The notes under the pieces were generated by a model. It saw nothing but the letters and a program-made list of their open reading frames with translations. It did not search any database and was not told where the DNA came from. Positions 37,801 through 49,100 of a stretch of 64,000 nucleotides of DNA are shown here, in pieces (positions within the stretch are counted from its first letter, which is position 1; every line of letters starts with the position of its first letter). Both the position numbers and the translations under genes were made by a program. Where the stretch lies: positions 5,612,485 to 5,676,484 of the forward strand of contig NC_134027.1 in assembly GCF_964204645.1 (NCBI RefSeq). Reading direction: 5' to 3'. The DNA is from Tubulanus polymorphus. Lineage: Eukaryota; Animalia; Nemertea.

Positions 37801-40800
37801 AGCTGCCTCCATTCTCGATGAATTAAGTTGTTTTATGTGTTAATTTCAATGGAAATTCACAATTAGCTTTCTGCATATTACTATTATACTGTGTTCGATA
37901 TCATTGATGGTGATTTTCTAATTTGTGCTCAATTCATTAATCAATATTATTGCCTTACCTCTACATCAGTATCATCTTGCAACAAATTACTCATGTTTCC
38001 ATAACGAACCAAGGACGGTTTTTTTGTATCAGGAAGAATATCTGGAGAATTATTACCCCATGACGAGTTTGATAGGACGGAACTCTGAGATGGACGTTTC
38101 GTCAACTGAGGGATATTTGATCGAGCAGCAGTTGGACTTGTTTCTACATTTTCCGAGAAGCCGACTTTCTTCGGAGTATTATCAGTGCTGTCCTTACGGC
38201 GAGGAATCTTTGAAGCCTTCATTTCTGATTCTGCAATCATACAATATCAACACATAATGATAACAATCAACTAGTATTACAGGCGTTACGAATACATTGA
38301 TATTTCGGATATTACTGACCTTGTTGTGATTCTTCGTCTGAGCCTTTTACAAACTTAGCAAGACTTAATTTAGGGGCAGTTTTCTATAATGAGACAAATA
38401 TCTTACATTAATGGAACCTAATGCTTTTTACATAAAAAAAACATTTACTTGCAACAAGTGATAGGTGATTCTATCTCTTAAAATCCATGGTGTTGTTTTT
38501 TACCGGCATATAATGTTAAGAATGTGGTGAGTGGAACAAATTGCTTATCAGTCATGTGAAACACTCAACAGACTAAAGCAAAATACAATGAAATGGAAAC
38601 TAACAACAACAATTGCAATTTCAATTCAGAAAATAATTGAGCTTTCAGAGGATTCTTACAACTGGTTGAGATGTTTCATTTTTTCTGAATGGAAAGAGGC
38701 AACAAAAAACAATAACTATTAAAAGACTCAAAATCACTCACATTTCCATCACTAATTGTAGGACTTTTTTCCTTCCTTTTTCGTTGCTTTAGTAAAAGCA
38801 ATTAGAATATTTTGAAGGCAAAGGCACAAACAAATAAATACATAGACATCCAGGATGTACATATCAATGATCCTTAGAACTGAATCATCTACACATGTAT
38901 TTGTTTCTAAAGTTAACATCTTTTAAAAATGGACTTTTGATTACCTTTGAACTTAAGCCAAAACCTAGAGATTCTTCCTCAGAGTCGGCCCAAGAATCGA
39001 GACGATCAGATCTTGGTCCAGAAATACCACTTATTGTATTTTCAGCTTCTGATAAATCACCTGAAAAAATGAAGTACGCTTCGATATTGTCACATGCATC
39101 TTTAAACGAATGGAAAATATCTTCATCCAGCTAGTTGACATACATACCGGTATCCACAGCTGGTGCTCCGAATCCACCTGTGATTACACCTCCAACTGCT
39201 CCAGCAACTTCACCATCAATATCAGGATTATCACTACGAGGTGTTTGAGCTGGTGTACTACCACGAGGTGTAGACTTTGCACTGTTATTAGGTGGTTGTA
39301 GAGTTTCAGTAATAAGTTGTGAACAGGCGTGATGTCCAGCTATCACAGCACAATCATCAGCAGTCCAATCTACAAAAATAATAAAAATCATAACCATAGC
39401 GTAAGGATTTTTGCTTCTGGATAGAACAAATATATGCCTTGTCTAATCAATACTCGTTCAAGTGAATTGCTATTTGAGTCTCCTCCTAAAATGTTGAACA
39501 TACTTTTTGAGTCTTTCAATAAAACATCGGCGTCATATTGCAAATACAACTTTACAAGTCCAATAGAACCATCAGCACATGCTTGCATCAAAGGAGTCCT
39601 ACAATTAAACCAAATTCAAAAAGAATTGTAGAAATGTAAATACAGTATACTCTGCTAAAGTCACTTGCTCAAAACTACACTTCAGCTAATGCATGAAAAA
39701 CTATAAGAACTGAAAGCTTTAACTATCTATTTACCTCTTATTTTCATCTGTTATGTCGATATCAGCATCTTTTTCCAGTAATAATTTACAGATCTCTGCA
39801 TGTTTTTCTAATGTAGCCAAATGAAGTGGAGCAATGTATTCCTATTTAGGAAAATTAATCATATCATTGAGTTCATTAAACACAAATACAAATGAAATAA
39901 TTCTGTACTGATTTCTATTCAGTCATTATCTAAGTAATATGAATGCATCTCTACATGTACATGCATATATGCATGATTAATATACAAACTGACAAAAACA
40001 GCACAGTAGGTGTCATAAACCTAATATACGATTAATTATCAAATCACCATTGATTTGTTCATTCAGCTGCATAAGTGACATCTCATATTACAGGTATAGC
40101 TTACCTTATTCCGTATGTCTGGGTTAGCGTTATAATCAAGCAATAAACTGCATACTTCGTATTGTCCCTGACGGACAGCTTCGTGAAGACAAGTATTACC
40201 CTTACTATCAACCGTGCTGACTTCAGCATGTGCTTCTAATAATGTCTTAGCGCATGTGACTTGACTGCATTCAATTGCCTGAAAATACGTATGGTACTAT
40301 TTAAGATTCTTAGGCAAAAAAGATTCTTTAACTTTTCATTAACATATCAATTTTTATGAAAAGGAACAAATTATTCTTGAACTTACTTCACAATAGTACA
40401 AACTAACTGGCACATAATCAACATAATCATAATCTACTAAATTTACCAAATTCAAATAGATTCTACTAAAACAAATTCAAACCAATAGATCCAATATGTC
40501 GGCAAATTTACCGGCTAAAATTAAAATACACATACGACCCACCTAATTGTCTGAACTAACGGTACTGAATGTCAAAAGTTTTATACGGATCTAATCCACA
40601 ATGAGACAATCTAATCCAGTCATCGAATTGGAACTAATCTTCAAAGTATAACCTAATGAATACTTTATGGAATAGTCAAGATTACTTGAATCAACCCTTT
40701 CTAATACAGGGTGTGTTGACGTCTGGTAAATTCATAATGATAATTCATTCCAATATTTAAGTCATCAGGTCATCTCATCTACAGCATACTTTTGGGCATA

Positions 40801-42151
40801 TTATAACGTAAAGATCTAATTCAAGGCACCTGACCCTATCAGCTCTTAAAACTTCTTATACTGGCAGGCCTGGGCCTTCCCCAAAAAATATTCATTGGGA
40901 AAACTACTTAATATATTGGACGAAATTGCCTTATTGACCAAGCTATTGTTTATTTCTAAGCAGAAAACAAGTATCATTACTAATAGGCCTATAGGCTATA
41001 AAAATTTTGCTTCAATTTGCTGATAAATGTTCTCATACACCAACACCAAACGGAAATAATATCCATTAGACTTTTACATCAGTACCAGGTATAATTAATT
41101 AATGAAGCAACGCAGTACTTCCTGAGAGATGACATACAAGAAACATTAATTAGCGCTAAATGGGGAGTCTGGTCTGAGTAACAGGCACCGCAGTATGAGC
41201 AATACCAAATTCGGTTTAAAATCTCAGTAACATCAAATGATTCACATTAAATCAAGAAGACAGGTAGTACCGGAACTTGTAGGTTTACTGATTTTATCAG
41301 AAATCACGGGCTTCCGCCACTTGTGCATAGTAGCTTCATAAGGTAAATGATAAAAGTCAATGGCAAAAGCATTTATAGCGAGCAACGCTAACAATTCATA
41401 GCGAGATTGGAATATTTCCATCGTCGAAGTAACGATCAGAAATACGTAAAATTAATTAGATGTCGATAGTTTCAGTCAATGAATTATTAATGTCTTAGTC
41501 AAGTGAAACACATCATGCAATCCTCTACGGAACCAGTGAGCAAAAATGAGGAAACAAATCTTGGAAAATGACTACACCGCCACTTCAAAGATAACATATG
41601 AATAATGACATAGTTGTATAAGTAACATAAGCAGGAAACTTCAGTACAGTTACGCCTATGATAAGAAATTAAAAGGAATTTTAGAATCTACCTAACCTAC
41701 CTTCATTAGTGGGGTTTGTCCATTATTGTCAGTGTGGTTTAATTTGGCTTTCCATGCAATCAGTTCGTCAACAATATCTGCATGACCCTTCACACATGCG
41801 AGGTGTAATGGTGTCCTTAAAATAATGATAAGGATTCATTCATCAACAATGTCAAATCATTCAGAACCTCCCCAAAATTGAAAAATAATTCATAATTTCA
41901 TAGCATCATATTAAAACAAAAATTAAAACATACCTATTTTCTTTATCAATAGGGCTTGGGTCCTTTTTGGCCAGTTGCTTAACTTTACTAAGATCCCCTG
42001 ACCAGGCCGCCTTATGAAGTTTGCTAATTTCCTTTTCATTGACATCATAACCACCAATTCCAGATATACTCTGCGTTGAGCCTAATTTTCCTGTGGCACC
42101 TGCACCACTTTCTTTCTTATTTTTACCAAACTTAAAAAACTTCTTCATCAT
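11262..42151 (-). CDS. ANKRD26: Ankyrin repeat domain-containing protein 26-like, multi-exon gene (start ATG 42151, stop TAG 11264-11262)
   Basis: N-terminus MMKKFFK..GYDVNEKEISKLHKAAWSGDL..DKENRTPLHLAC; CCDC144C-like coiled coil (EEVEKRKSAE, LQRKEEQY, KLNEEALAQ); DUF3496-like KLEEVNAFLEDQ; C-terminus YLALLRRQYLLH. All resemble vertebrate ANKRD26, and the exons I checked join in frame via GT-AG. Confidence 0.92.
11623..11786. mobile_element. PIF/Harbinger(Tourist)-like MITE in the last ANKRD26 intron
   Basis: TIRs gggtcattcatttattac(gta) / gtaataaatgaatgatccc, G-rich interior, preceded by TAA. Confidence 0.75.
14379..16007 (+). CDS. DEG/ENaC (amiloride-sensitive sodium channel / FaNaC-ASIC superfamily) subunit, intronless, nested
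   Basis: 542-aa ORF with TM1 (WRIVWTVAVL...), FPSITVCN, HFNCYT, PEPYGKC, Cys-rich thumb (CILQCKQNYIMAKCGC, CNCKLPC) and TM2 SQIGGTLSLYVGVTAIVVVEVFE. Confidence 0.95.
   Translation: MQPETEEQTVSNILKGFLVKSTIRGVSRTVRSATVFWRIVWTVAVLSLSALAIYQIQEVTKVYMNFEAETREYTDYGAGFEFPSITVCNQQPLSSAGRRLTKIANDTQNLRKFYKNVRHLYESASSLEERNLWDQLLNMAGFYQNIKQSSIHDIGHKADRFISRCEIEIITNKGVRMVNCTNVNHFVDVNHFNCYTIEPEIEDEELQSKTRSVELVLYLDMFDFEITDLLAEDTSAVVGAKLVLHENDAYPNFVDDAILVSHGVNLWVKAETNIWSHLPEPYGKCDNDLSKTILKTEPNNEYIYRRNLCILQCKQNYIMAKCGCRSAIYPTPIHESATLKNNSLPFCGHLYENITRTHRNLNCMVNKNIFIERNLFDKCNCKLPCNHVTYRAQTMQTFWPDLPYHLPFYHRFIKHKSFADKFAIYENITKIATVDLKKAMAMLQENNLIRYNFIKVTVIQEQGYVKRNVESIKVTLPSLLSQIGGTLSLYVGVTAIVVVEVFELLSNLCKHAYCKFKRSRERRINDGSRCDTMFGMKSVTHH
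15996..16051 (+). repeat. 14-bp tandem repeat x4 overlapping the ENaC stop codon
   Basis: (a/g)ctcatcattgaat x4. Confidence 0.92.
16370..16465. mobile_element. Degenerate MITE related to 8972-9102
   Basis: gggc..ttgctcaaaagtt ... atttgagcaagactgggccc. Confidence 0.55.
16970..16984. promoter_or_regulatory. RFX X-box consensus match
   Basis: GTTACC-AAG-GGCAAC fits GTNRCC-N(0-3)-RGYAAC; a one-mismatch second site gttaccatggcaag lies at 17129-17142. Confidence 0.45.
17291..24706 (-). CDS. ANKRD26: ANKRD26-like coiled-coil (CCDC144C-like) exon cluster
   Basis: Many short GT-AG exons encoding E/K/Q/R-rich heptads, e.g. EVEEKQKLELSMRNYQMELRTAQSTIKQ and LELDRTKTRLKDDH. Confidence 0.88.
22160..22235. 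mobile_element. Palindromic Penelope-like element remnant with minimal hammerhead core
   Basis: Inverted pair of ctgatga-t-ggctaac..gt(c/t)agcc-ga(a/t)ac; the minus-strand copy keeps CUGAUGA and GAAAC. Confidence 0.6.
24294..24432. mobile_element. Degenerate MITE
   Basis: gggctggattctgtagt..gacttaaa / tttaagtc..actatggatctggctc imperfect TIRs. Confidence 0.5.
25184..25366. mobile_element. ~180-bp palindrome with degenerate hammerhead cores (Penelope-type inverted end)
   Basis: Arms aacaagtaaa.acccagag.agatattgaaaagtttat.atct... / ...ataaacttttcaatatct.ctctgggt.tttacttgtt; the centre carries ctgatga-aagggttt..aaaccc-aaaac. Confidence 0.65.
29486..29569. promoter_or_regulatory. Candidate internal promoter: octamer ATGCAAAT (29486) and CRE TGACGTCA (29562)
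   Basis: Exact consensus motifs upstream (minus strand) of a candidate alternative first exon at 28991-29032. Confidence 0.4.
31635..31654 (-). CDS. ANKRD26: 20-nt microexon, (D)SPWDEE
   Basis: ttctttgcag acceptor, gtaag donor; restores frame between exon 31742-31838 (phase 1) and exon ~31204-31327 (phase 0). Confidence 0.8.
34282..35040 (-). CDS. ANKRD26: ANKRD26-like 759-nt exon with two CxCxCxxC motifs
   Basis: ctaacag acceptor, gtataa donor, open frame DSVDIH...HSTLK. Confidence 0.75.
35267..36580 (-). CDS. ANKRD26: Large ANKRD26-like exon (possibly alternative) containing a coding minisatellite
   Basis: 1314-nt open phase-0 segment within ORF 35183-36616; weak ttgaag acceptor, gttggt donor. 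Confidence 0.65.
35850..36262 (-). repeat. 45-bp coding tandem repeat, ~9 copies (PVITDSPRLTPVSAE)
   Basis: ggctcagccgatacaggggtcagcctaggtgaatc(a/g)gtaatgact repeated on the + strand. Confidence 0.95.
39148..41815 (-). CDS. ANKRD26: ANKRD26-like ankyrin exons: 41701-41815, 40105-40278, 39735-39841, 39504-39598, 39148-39369
   Basis: TPLHLACVKGH, TPLMKAIEC, GNTCLHEAV, APLHLA, TPLMQAC and WTADDCA ankyrin motifs; phases consistent. Confidence 0.92.
41934..42151 (-). CDS. ANKRD26: ANKRD26-like exon 1
   Basis: MMKKFFKFGK...KLHKAAWSGDLSKVKQL...DKENR; donor gtatgt. Confidence 0.92.
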
Positions 42152-42644
42152 TGGGGCTATTAAGAAGAAAGTTCGATAGCTAAAACCCAAAAATGTCAAA
42201 TCCTGTCCACCATGTCTAAACAAGTTTAGTTCGTTATTCGCACGACTGAGGCAGCACTTTACAGTCCTTTTGGCTTACACGGCGTAGCAAAACAGCAACA
42301 ACCAAGGCAAAAATAGTGAATATTTTTAGGCTGTCAAAGGGAATGGTTTTGAGGCGTTTTGCATGAGAAACAAGACAAGATAGTTTATTTTCTGCAATTT
42401 TCTGAAATCGCTCACCGACCTTGAAAAGTGTAGCGGGAGCGTTGAATCCACCAATACCGGAATGCGCCGCTACTCCTTGCGGGTTCGAGACCCGCATTGC
42501 TGCAAAAGATAGAATATGTCTGTAAATCAAACTTTCAAGTGATGTCAATCTAAATTTAAGGGAAACTATATTGAATTGGTTTTTACCGGTATCATACGTA
42601 GTTCATCACATTCTTCCACTCGGGAGACCGATCAGTGTGAAATC

Positions 42645-42790
42645 TTGACCGTCAAGTGCTGTCCCTATCAAAGGCGGTTAGCATGTGAACTACCCCGACT
42701 GCACAATATTCCTGCTGCGGCGTGCGAGTAATAGGTTAGTTCACATATTTACCGTCAATCATATGTGTAGGGGCAGCACTTAACGGTTAA
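42645..42790. mobile_element. piggyBac-like MITE upstream of ANKRD26
   Basis: ttgaccgtcaagtgctgtcccta / taggggcagcacttaacggttaa; TTAA/TTGA ends; inner atgtgaacta / tagttcacat. Confidence 0.65.
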
Positions 42791-43029
42791 ATCCGCTAGG
42801 TACCTTTAATCCGACTTTAAAAACTGGCTAAATTTATCAAAATCTGTCTTGATGTATATCCCCAATAGCAGGCTATGTATATTGTAAATAACGTTATTTG
42901 TTTTAAAATGCTTTTATTTTCTGTTTTTGTAACTAATTATTGTATATTCTCTTTTTATTCCATATACCGTAAAAATGGTTGGCAAATGGTTGTTGTTGGA
43001 GTGTAATAAATATTCGTATTCAATTCATA

Positions 43030-43104
43030 CCGGGCGCACACCTTAACGATGATACGATAAAACCATGCTATCGATCACAATCAATCGCAGAGGTGTGCGG
43101 CCGG
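43030..43104. mobile_element. Short MITE (Harbinger-like)
   Basis: ccgggcgcacacct / aggtgtgcggccgg. Confidence 0.55.
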
Positions 43105-46100
43105 CTTTAAAGCTTCACCAGAGATCGAATGTTCTAAATGGCATGCGAGCAGATTTGTTGCCCATTTATCGAGCAATATTCACCAAACAATATCATTTTC
43201 AATCGACGCTAAAGATTTGTTAATGTAATGTAAAACGACGCCAAAGGAGGAATTGATACAAGCACGACGAATATCCCGAGTTCGAATCTAGAGTTGATAA
43301 TAAGGGTGCAGTCATCTCACCAGAAGAATGTAAAGTATTCATTTGAATTTCATAGGAAATTTTGGATTTTTCAATTTTATTCTAACACTTTATTTACGAG
43401 ATAAACACATACACAATCTTGCTTTCAGATTTAGATTCGACGACGAGCGACTCCGAAATTCATTTCTAGAATATTTGATCGCGAAAAATGTTTAGAATGG
43501 AATCATTGAAAATTCTTAATGAATTAGAAATTGAATGAACCCCGAAGGTAATTTTTAAGTTATCCCTGTAGATAAAACCTCTCACCAATGGAGTCGTTTC
43601 TTTTATTTAGTACTTTGTAAATAGTGTGGCTAGTTTGTAGAAATGCGCATGAAAATTAATTCAAATAAACCGAATAAGATGACGCCTGAAGCCGGCGTTG
43701 CTGTTTTGTATGGTTTCGTCTCTGATGTTTCAATAAGTGAACCGACTCATGAACACTTTCCAAAAAATTCACATAATATCATCCTTTTTCTAGAATTATT
43801 GACCTATACTTGCCCCTGGACACTGAAAGAGGTATGTACTCTCATTGTTCAACCGTGGGTTTAAGTCATGTGAAGTCACCTGGCGGTCAGTTGCCGGATA
43901 CAGGAGTTCTGTAATTGAGATCTATCCCTATTAATAACGGATATGTGGTCATTACCGTATTTTGTCGCAGTAAACCGTTCACAAAGATGGTGCGTGGATC
44001 GGAGAATTTATTTATTGCGCATCAACGCATTGATTCAATAATCGCAATAATCTACATTCGATTAGATTACCAGGGACACTTCAATCACTGCCCACTCTTT
44101 AAATACATGTATAATATCTATTACGAGTTAAAATAATAACCACTGCCAACAGTTCAGAAATAAAACACTTTTTCATCTTTTATGGATAATCTAACATATA
44201 TATCCGTCTATATCCATTCGGTAGAAAACAGTTTTTTTAGCACTCGTCGTTCCGCTAATGGATGAAATTCAAATGAAATGTAAACATCGGTAAACAATTG
44301 AACTAGATTATTATTTAGGAATTAGATGATTCGACGTTTTTTCGAATGCCGCTATCCACTGGATATTTTCAATCTAAAACATCTGAGTTGTTTCTGTGCG
44401 TTCCCTTTTTTTTAGAATTATACATTGTGCAGGGCAGATCATTCAACCTTGAACACCAGTCAAGGCCCTCATCGGGGTTTTTAATCAAATTATTAGCATG
44501 TGGTCTTGCACAGATTGAGACACACGGACTGAGGTAGCTCGGGTATACCGGTACAGCACATCTGTTCGACGCGGCTCGGTTCAAAAGTTTAATCAAAAAC
44601 AATCGCGACAATTTTTATTTTAACACGATGTCGATTTATGCGCACGCGCGCGCACCGGAGACGTATCTCAAATCCTTCGTTACGATAATACCGGTGATAA
44701 TATTTTGATTGGATGCTATCCTGTTTCTAATCTGGTTCATTCAGTAGATTTCCCCCAGTTTCTGAGTGGATTCGTTAGGTTCACTAGGTGAAATCAGTGG
44801 TGGTAATAATACCGTGCTGTAACCTTACTCTGAACTCGTCCGTGCGATAATCTCGCTTTTAAAAAATCATCCCCCTGTCTCGGGTTGTCTGATTTGAAGT
44901 TCGAAAGATTTATTGTAAAGAGCTTATCTCAACTCTCTCATCGTGTTGTGCAAAATCCCGTTTCAATCACGCGAGCCCACGAATTCTACTACTCAAATGT
45001 GATCTAGTGGATACGTTCGTATTTTGCAAAAGGATAATCCGTGTCTCTTGAATTAAGTATTGTGTACGATCGATATCGATTTTCGCAGGAATTATTTGAA
45101 TTTTCTGACGTTTCATTTCGATTGTCTGCTGCGATATTTTGATGAATTAACCGAAGAAGACCTGGGGTGATTGCGGCAAATCATTCCCTGTCATTTCACA
45201 GATGAATATTACACTCTAGATGTAGTGATTGATGTATATCGACGGTATCATCGCTGTGCATTAAAGCATAAAAACGGTATTTTCCAGTTGTTTTCATAAT
45301 TAGCGCTGCGTGTAAGATACCCCTTGAAACTGACGTTGGAATTTTCAATTGTAACTTCGAATTGTTTCAAACTAACCAGGTTCAAACTCCGGTGAATAGA
45401 ATGATGTTTTAAATACCCTTCGTCGCACAGATCCGATGAAAGTCTCTTTCCACCACCACAACAAAAAACAGAATCATTTTCTATCCCAATCAAATGTTTA
45501 CACACTCCCCGAAACATCCGCACATAATTCTTAAACAAAAACCTTTTTTTTCAGAACTAGGCCATGCGTGCGCAAATTTTCCCAACTAATGAAAACTAAA
45601 GGGAAACAACTTTATCAAAGCCGCTTCCAATTTGATCTAAGTCATTTTCGATGATTATAACAGATTCGATGTTTATGTATTTGTATTGTGTTTATGTATG
45701 TTCATCATCTGTTAATTATCTGTTTAAATGTGAACCGCAACGGTAATTATTGTAATTTCCATAATCTTTGTTGTTGTTGTGCTCTTAACAAACTGTATTT
45801 TTGTCGCGCAATAAAAGATACGTATGCTATTCACACTTTGTGGAGAATGTAGGACTTAATTTTCTCCGGTATAGTTCGTTGGTTCGTATGGCGGTTCCAA
45901 AAATACCCAAAAAGTCTTGGTCCAGTGAGTGCTGGCGTCTGGTGTGAACATGTAGTGTAAGTGGAACATTCCGTGAAAGCCGTATCCGCATTAATGATGA
46001 AAACCATTCAGCGCTTAGAATTTGTGTCCCTTGAGAATGTTCAAATGGTCAGTTGAGGATACGTTACATTTTTCACAACAATCACGCATGAATAGTCACA

Positions 46101-49100
46101 TAACCAGCGGCATTAATAATTCCCCATCTAAATTAACTCGTCGTAAAAAATGACCCGATGCTGAACTCATTGCGCACGGGAGCCTAAGCCACTGTATTAT
46201 TGAAATAAAGAGGTAGCTTATTTGGATTTCAATAGTACCCACAGCAGGTGTGTGTCCAATTGTCAGCATAAATATCAACCGTATAACCATGGATGTTCAT
46301 TGGAAGAAGTTATTTGAAATGCTGCAGGATAGAAATACCAACAATACTAAGTTGCTTTAAACGTTTATGGTATTGGTGGTATTTGTGAATAAGTACGGTT
46401 ATGTATATATTGACATGTCATCAGGCCTACTTCGAATACATGTTAAATCTTGCAACATGCGCATGTGATACATATTTCCCGTTCGCATCATCGTAGAATT
46501 TACTATAACGCGCAATCGATATGAGTCCGTTACGTAATAATGTAATGATTTCCGATTAACTCAAGAGGTCATGGTGAGCGCTTTAGTAATAACTGGGTCA
46601 TGCGTTGGTCAGATTAATTACTCGCATGCAGCCGATAAGCCTCGCCTTTGTCAACTTTGTCTAGCCATGGATCCTAATGATCTACCTTTGTTCATCAGTG
46701 GACATAGATCCCTCATTAGAGACCCATTATGAGTTCCGCACTTTTGAAGCTTTTATAAAATGGTATACAGTACACCTATTGATATGTTTAAACCATAAAC
46801 CATTTGCATCTGGCCAAAAGATGTGGATTTTTTATAGAAGGGTTAAAGACCATTCCACTCTTCTCAAATTAAATAGCGTTATGTATCTTTCCATAATTGC
46901 AGCTGTCTAGGCCTCACCATATCTCCTCATCTCCTTCGGGACTTCAGAATGGGTATACGTAGTCCAGTTAACTCGGCCTGGACTTGTTAATCAGCTTAGG
47001 CACTTGGCCTAAAGTGGGCATTTATATTTGGATCTTACGTAACTTTCCAGGGCAATATATCTAGGGTCGGACGTACTGTAGTGAAATCACTGGCACACTT
47101 CCAAGTTATTGATATGCGTGATGTTGTTGTTGTTATTGTTGTGACCCATTCATATATCGGGAATTTAATGCGAGGCTACGTTGGATAATATATCCGATAA
47201 TCAGTGATCCGATTATACATGTCTTACGTCGGCAGATCAGAAACAATTAGTACTGAGCGCCAAACGTTTTGCAGGAATCCAAAACAAAATCGTTGTCTGG
47301 GTCAGAATTTCAATATGATTTGATTTGCGTCACGTTTTGTTATATGAAGAAAGCTGGATTCTCAGTTTACCGTTTATTGAATTGATAAAGGTGATGTTCT
47401 CATCATCGACCCAGATCGGTAATAACACCGCTATACATCTACATCTATAATCGTATTTTGGTGAGTGTCTCTACTGGCCTTGGAGACCTGTGTTTGTCAT
47501 GGTTTTCCGTAACGACTGTCACTTTCACTCACAGCGTAAGAATTCACCGCATTCAGCGGAAATCACGTTTCCAATCAATGCATTCTTTGCGGGATTAGCG
47601 CCACGTTTGTGATCCCAAATGTAGATTATTCGCATGCTGTATATACGCCAGATCCTGTCGTCCGTTCTAGGTCACTTATTGATTCATTCATGCACAAATT
47701 CGTAAAAAGGATGTATTTTTGGTCCATGCCACAATCTTTCTTCAACTTTTCGAGTTCGTCGAATGTAATCAGGTCATTTTGCGTGTCATTTTTTCCCAAT
47801 CGATCGCGCTACATTGACTAGAAATTCACTTCTAACTCATGACGTTGACAGGAATACAAGCCATTTCAAGCCATTACAAGTATTCCTGAGCAGGTTAACG
47901 GTAAAAATGCCCTAGGTAAAAATCCCCAATTCCTCAAAGCAGGTAAAAATCTGTTCACCAACATATTTCATACATACATCTAATATCAGATGTTATGCTT
48001 GACCAATGTCAAATTTCCGAAGAATCTTTGGGTGAAAATCCTGATGGATTCTGCTTTGAAGTTCCGGGGTCAAGAGTTTGTGTAGATAGGTTTTGCACCG
48101 ACGGATTTGTGTGATTTATGAGTGTAGATATTTTGCTAAATGAGCTTTTGTGAGAGTCAATTTTTCGGAGTCCCCCGCAGGTCCTCAAACAACTCGTCAG
48201 TCAATTATCTGTCAGTGGTCATTTCGTTGTTGATCAATTTGCAGTACACTACCCACACTGGATCAAGCGTCTGAAATCAACATCATTGTTATGATAAGAA
48301 AAGGATAACACAAATGATGATTATATGATTAAACATTGAGCATTTTGATTGATTGGGTGGATGGGTACATCAGCTATTCAACCGCCCATGATCTACTGAA
48401 AGACTCGCGTTCAATCTACATGGGTGAGAAGTTGATTTTTGCCGAATGTTCCGATCTCATGCGTCGTGAGAGTTTAGTCATACATGGACATTAGGAGTCA
48501 ATTTGCAATGGCAACACGCTTTTGACTTCTTTTTGACACCCATTGACAAGACTCATACTCTATTGCTTTGTGAAGACGTTCTTTGATGAAAAAAGAAGAA
48601 ACATTTGGTATAATTATTAAGTTACAGGTGTTGTTCATGGCTCAAAGTGGAGGTTGCCCCGAGTTTGGCCCCGTGGCATCTGGATAATGTCAAATATTTT
48701 CTGAATAAACCACGTGGATATAAGTCCTTTAACTGTGGACACTCGTCAAATGGCAAAATTGGTTCCATAACAATATTCTGCAATATTTTTTTCAGCCCCC
48801 AGTTTCGTTAGTCGAATATATAATTCATATAATTCAATTATATACATTTATGGAATGCATTAGCTATGTATTTGATTCCTGAACACCTATGGTCTTTATA
48901 TTCCTTGGACTCCGCACATTGTCAGCGTAAGTGAAGGTGTCTAAGGGGGGAAATTTAAGTGGATTTTTTAAGCGAAATGTATTGGGAAGAAATGAAATAT
49001 CTCGTTTTACGGCGAAGATGTTGTTCATCCACATCAAATTACATTCTTACTAAATCAGCTTTATCAATCAAAACATCACATCTTGAACCACAGGCAAATG

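Noticed and set aside
42284-42299. X-box-like gtagcaaaacagcaac near the ANKRD26 start
   Set aside because: Spacer too long and left half-site weak; could be chance
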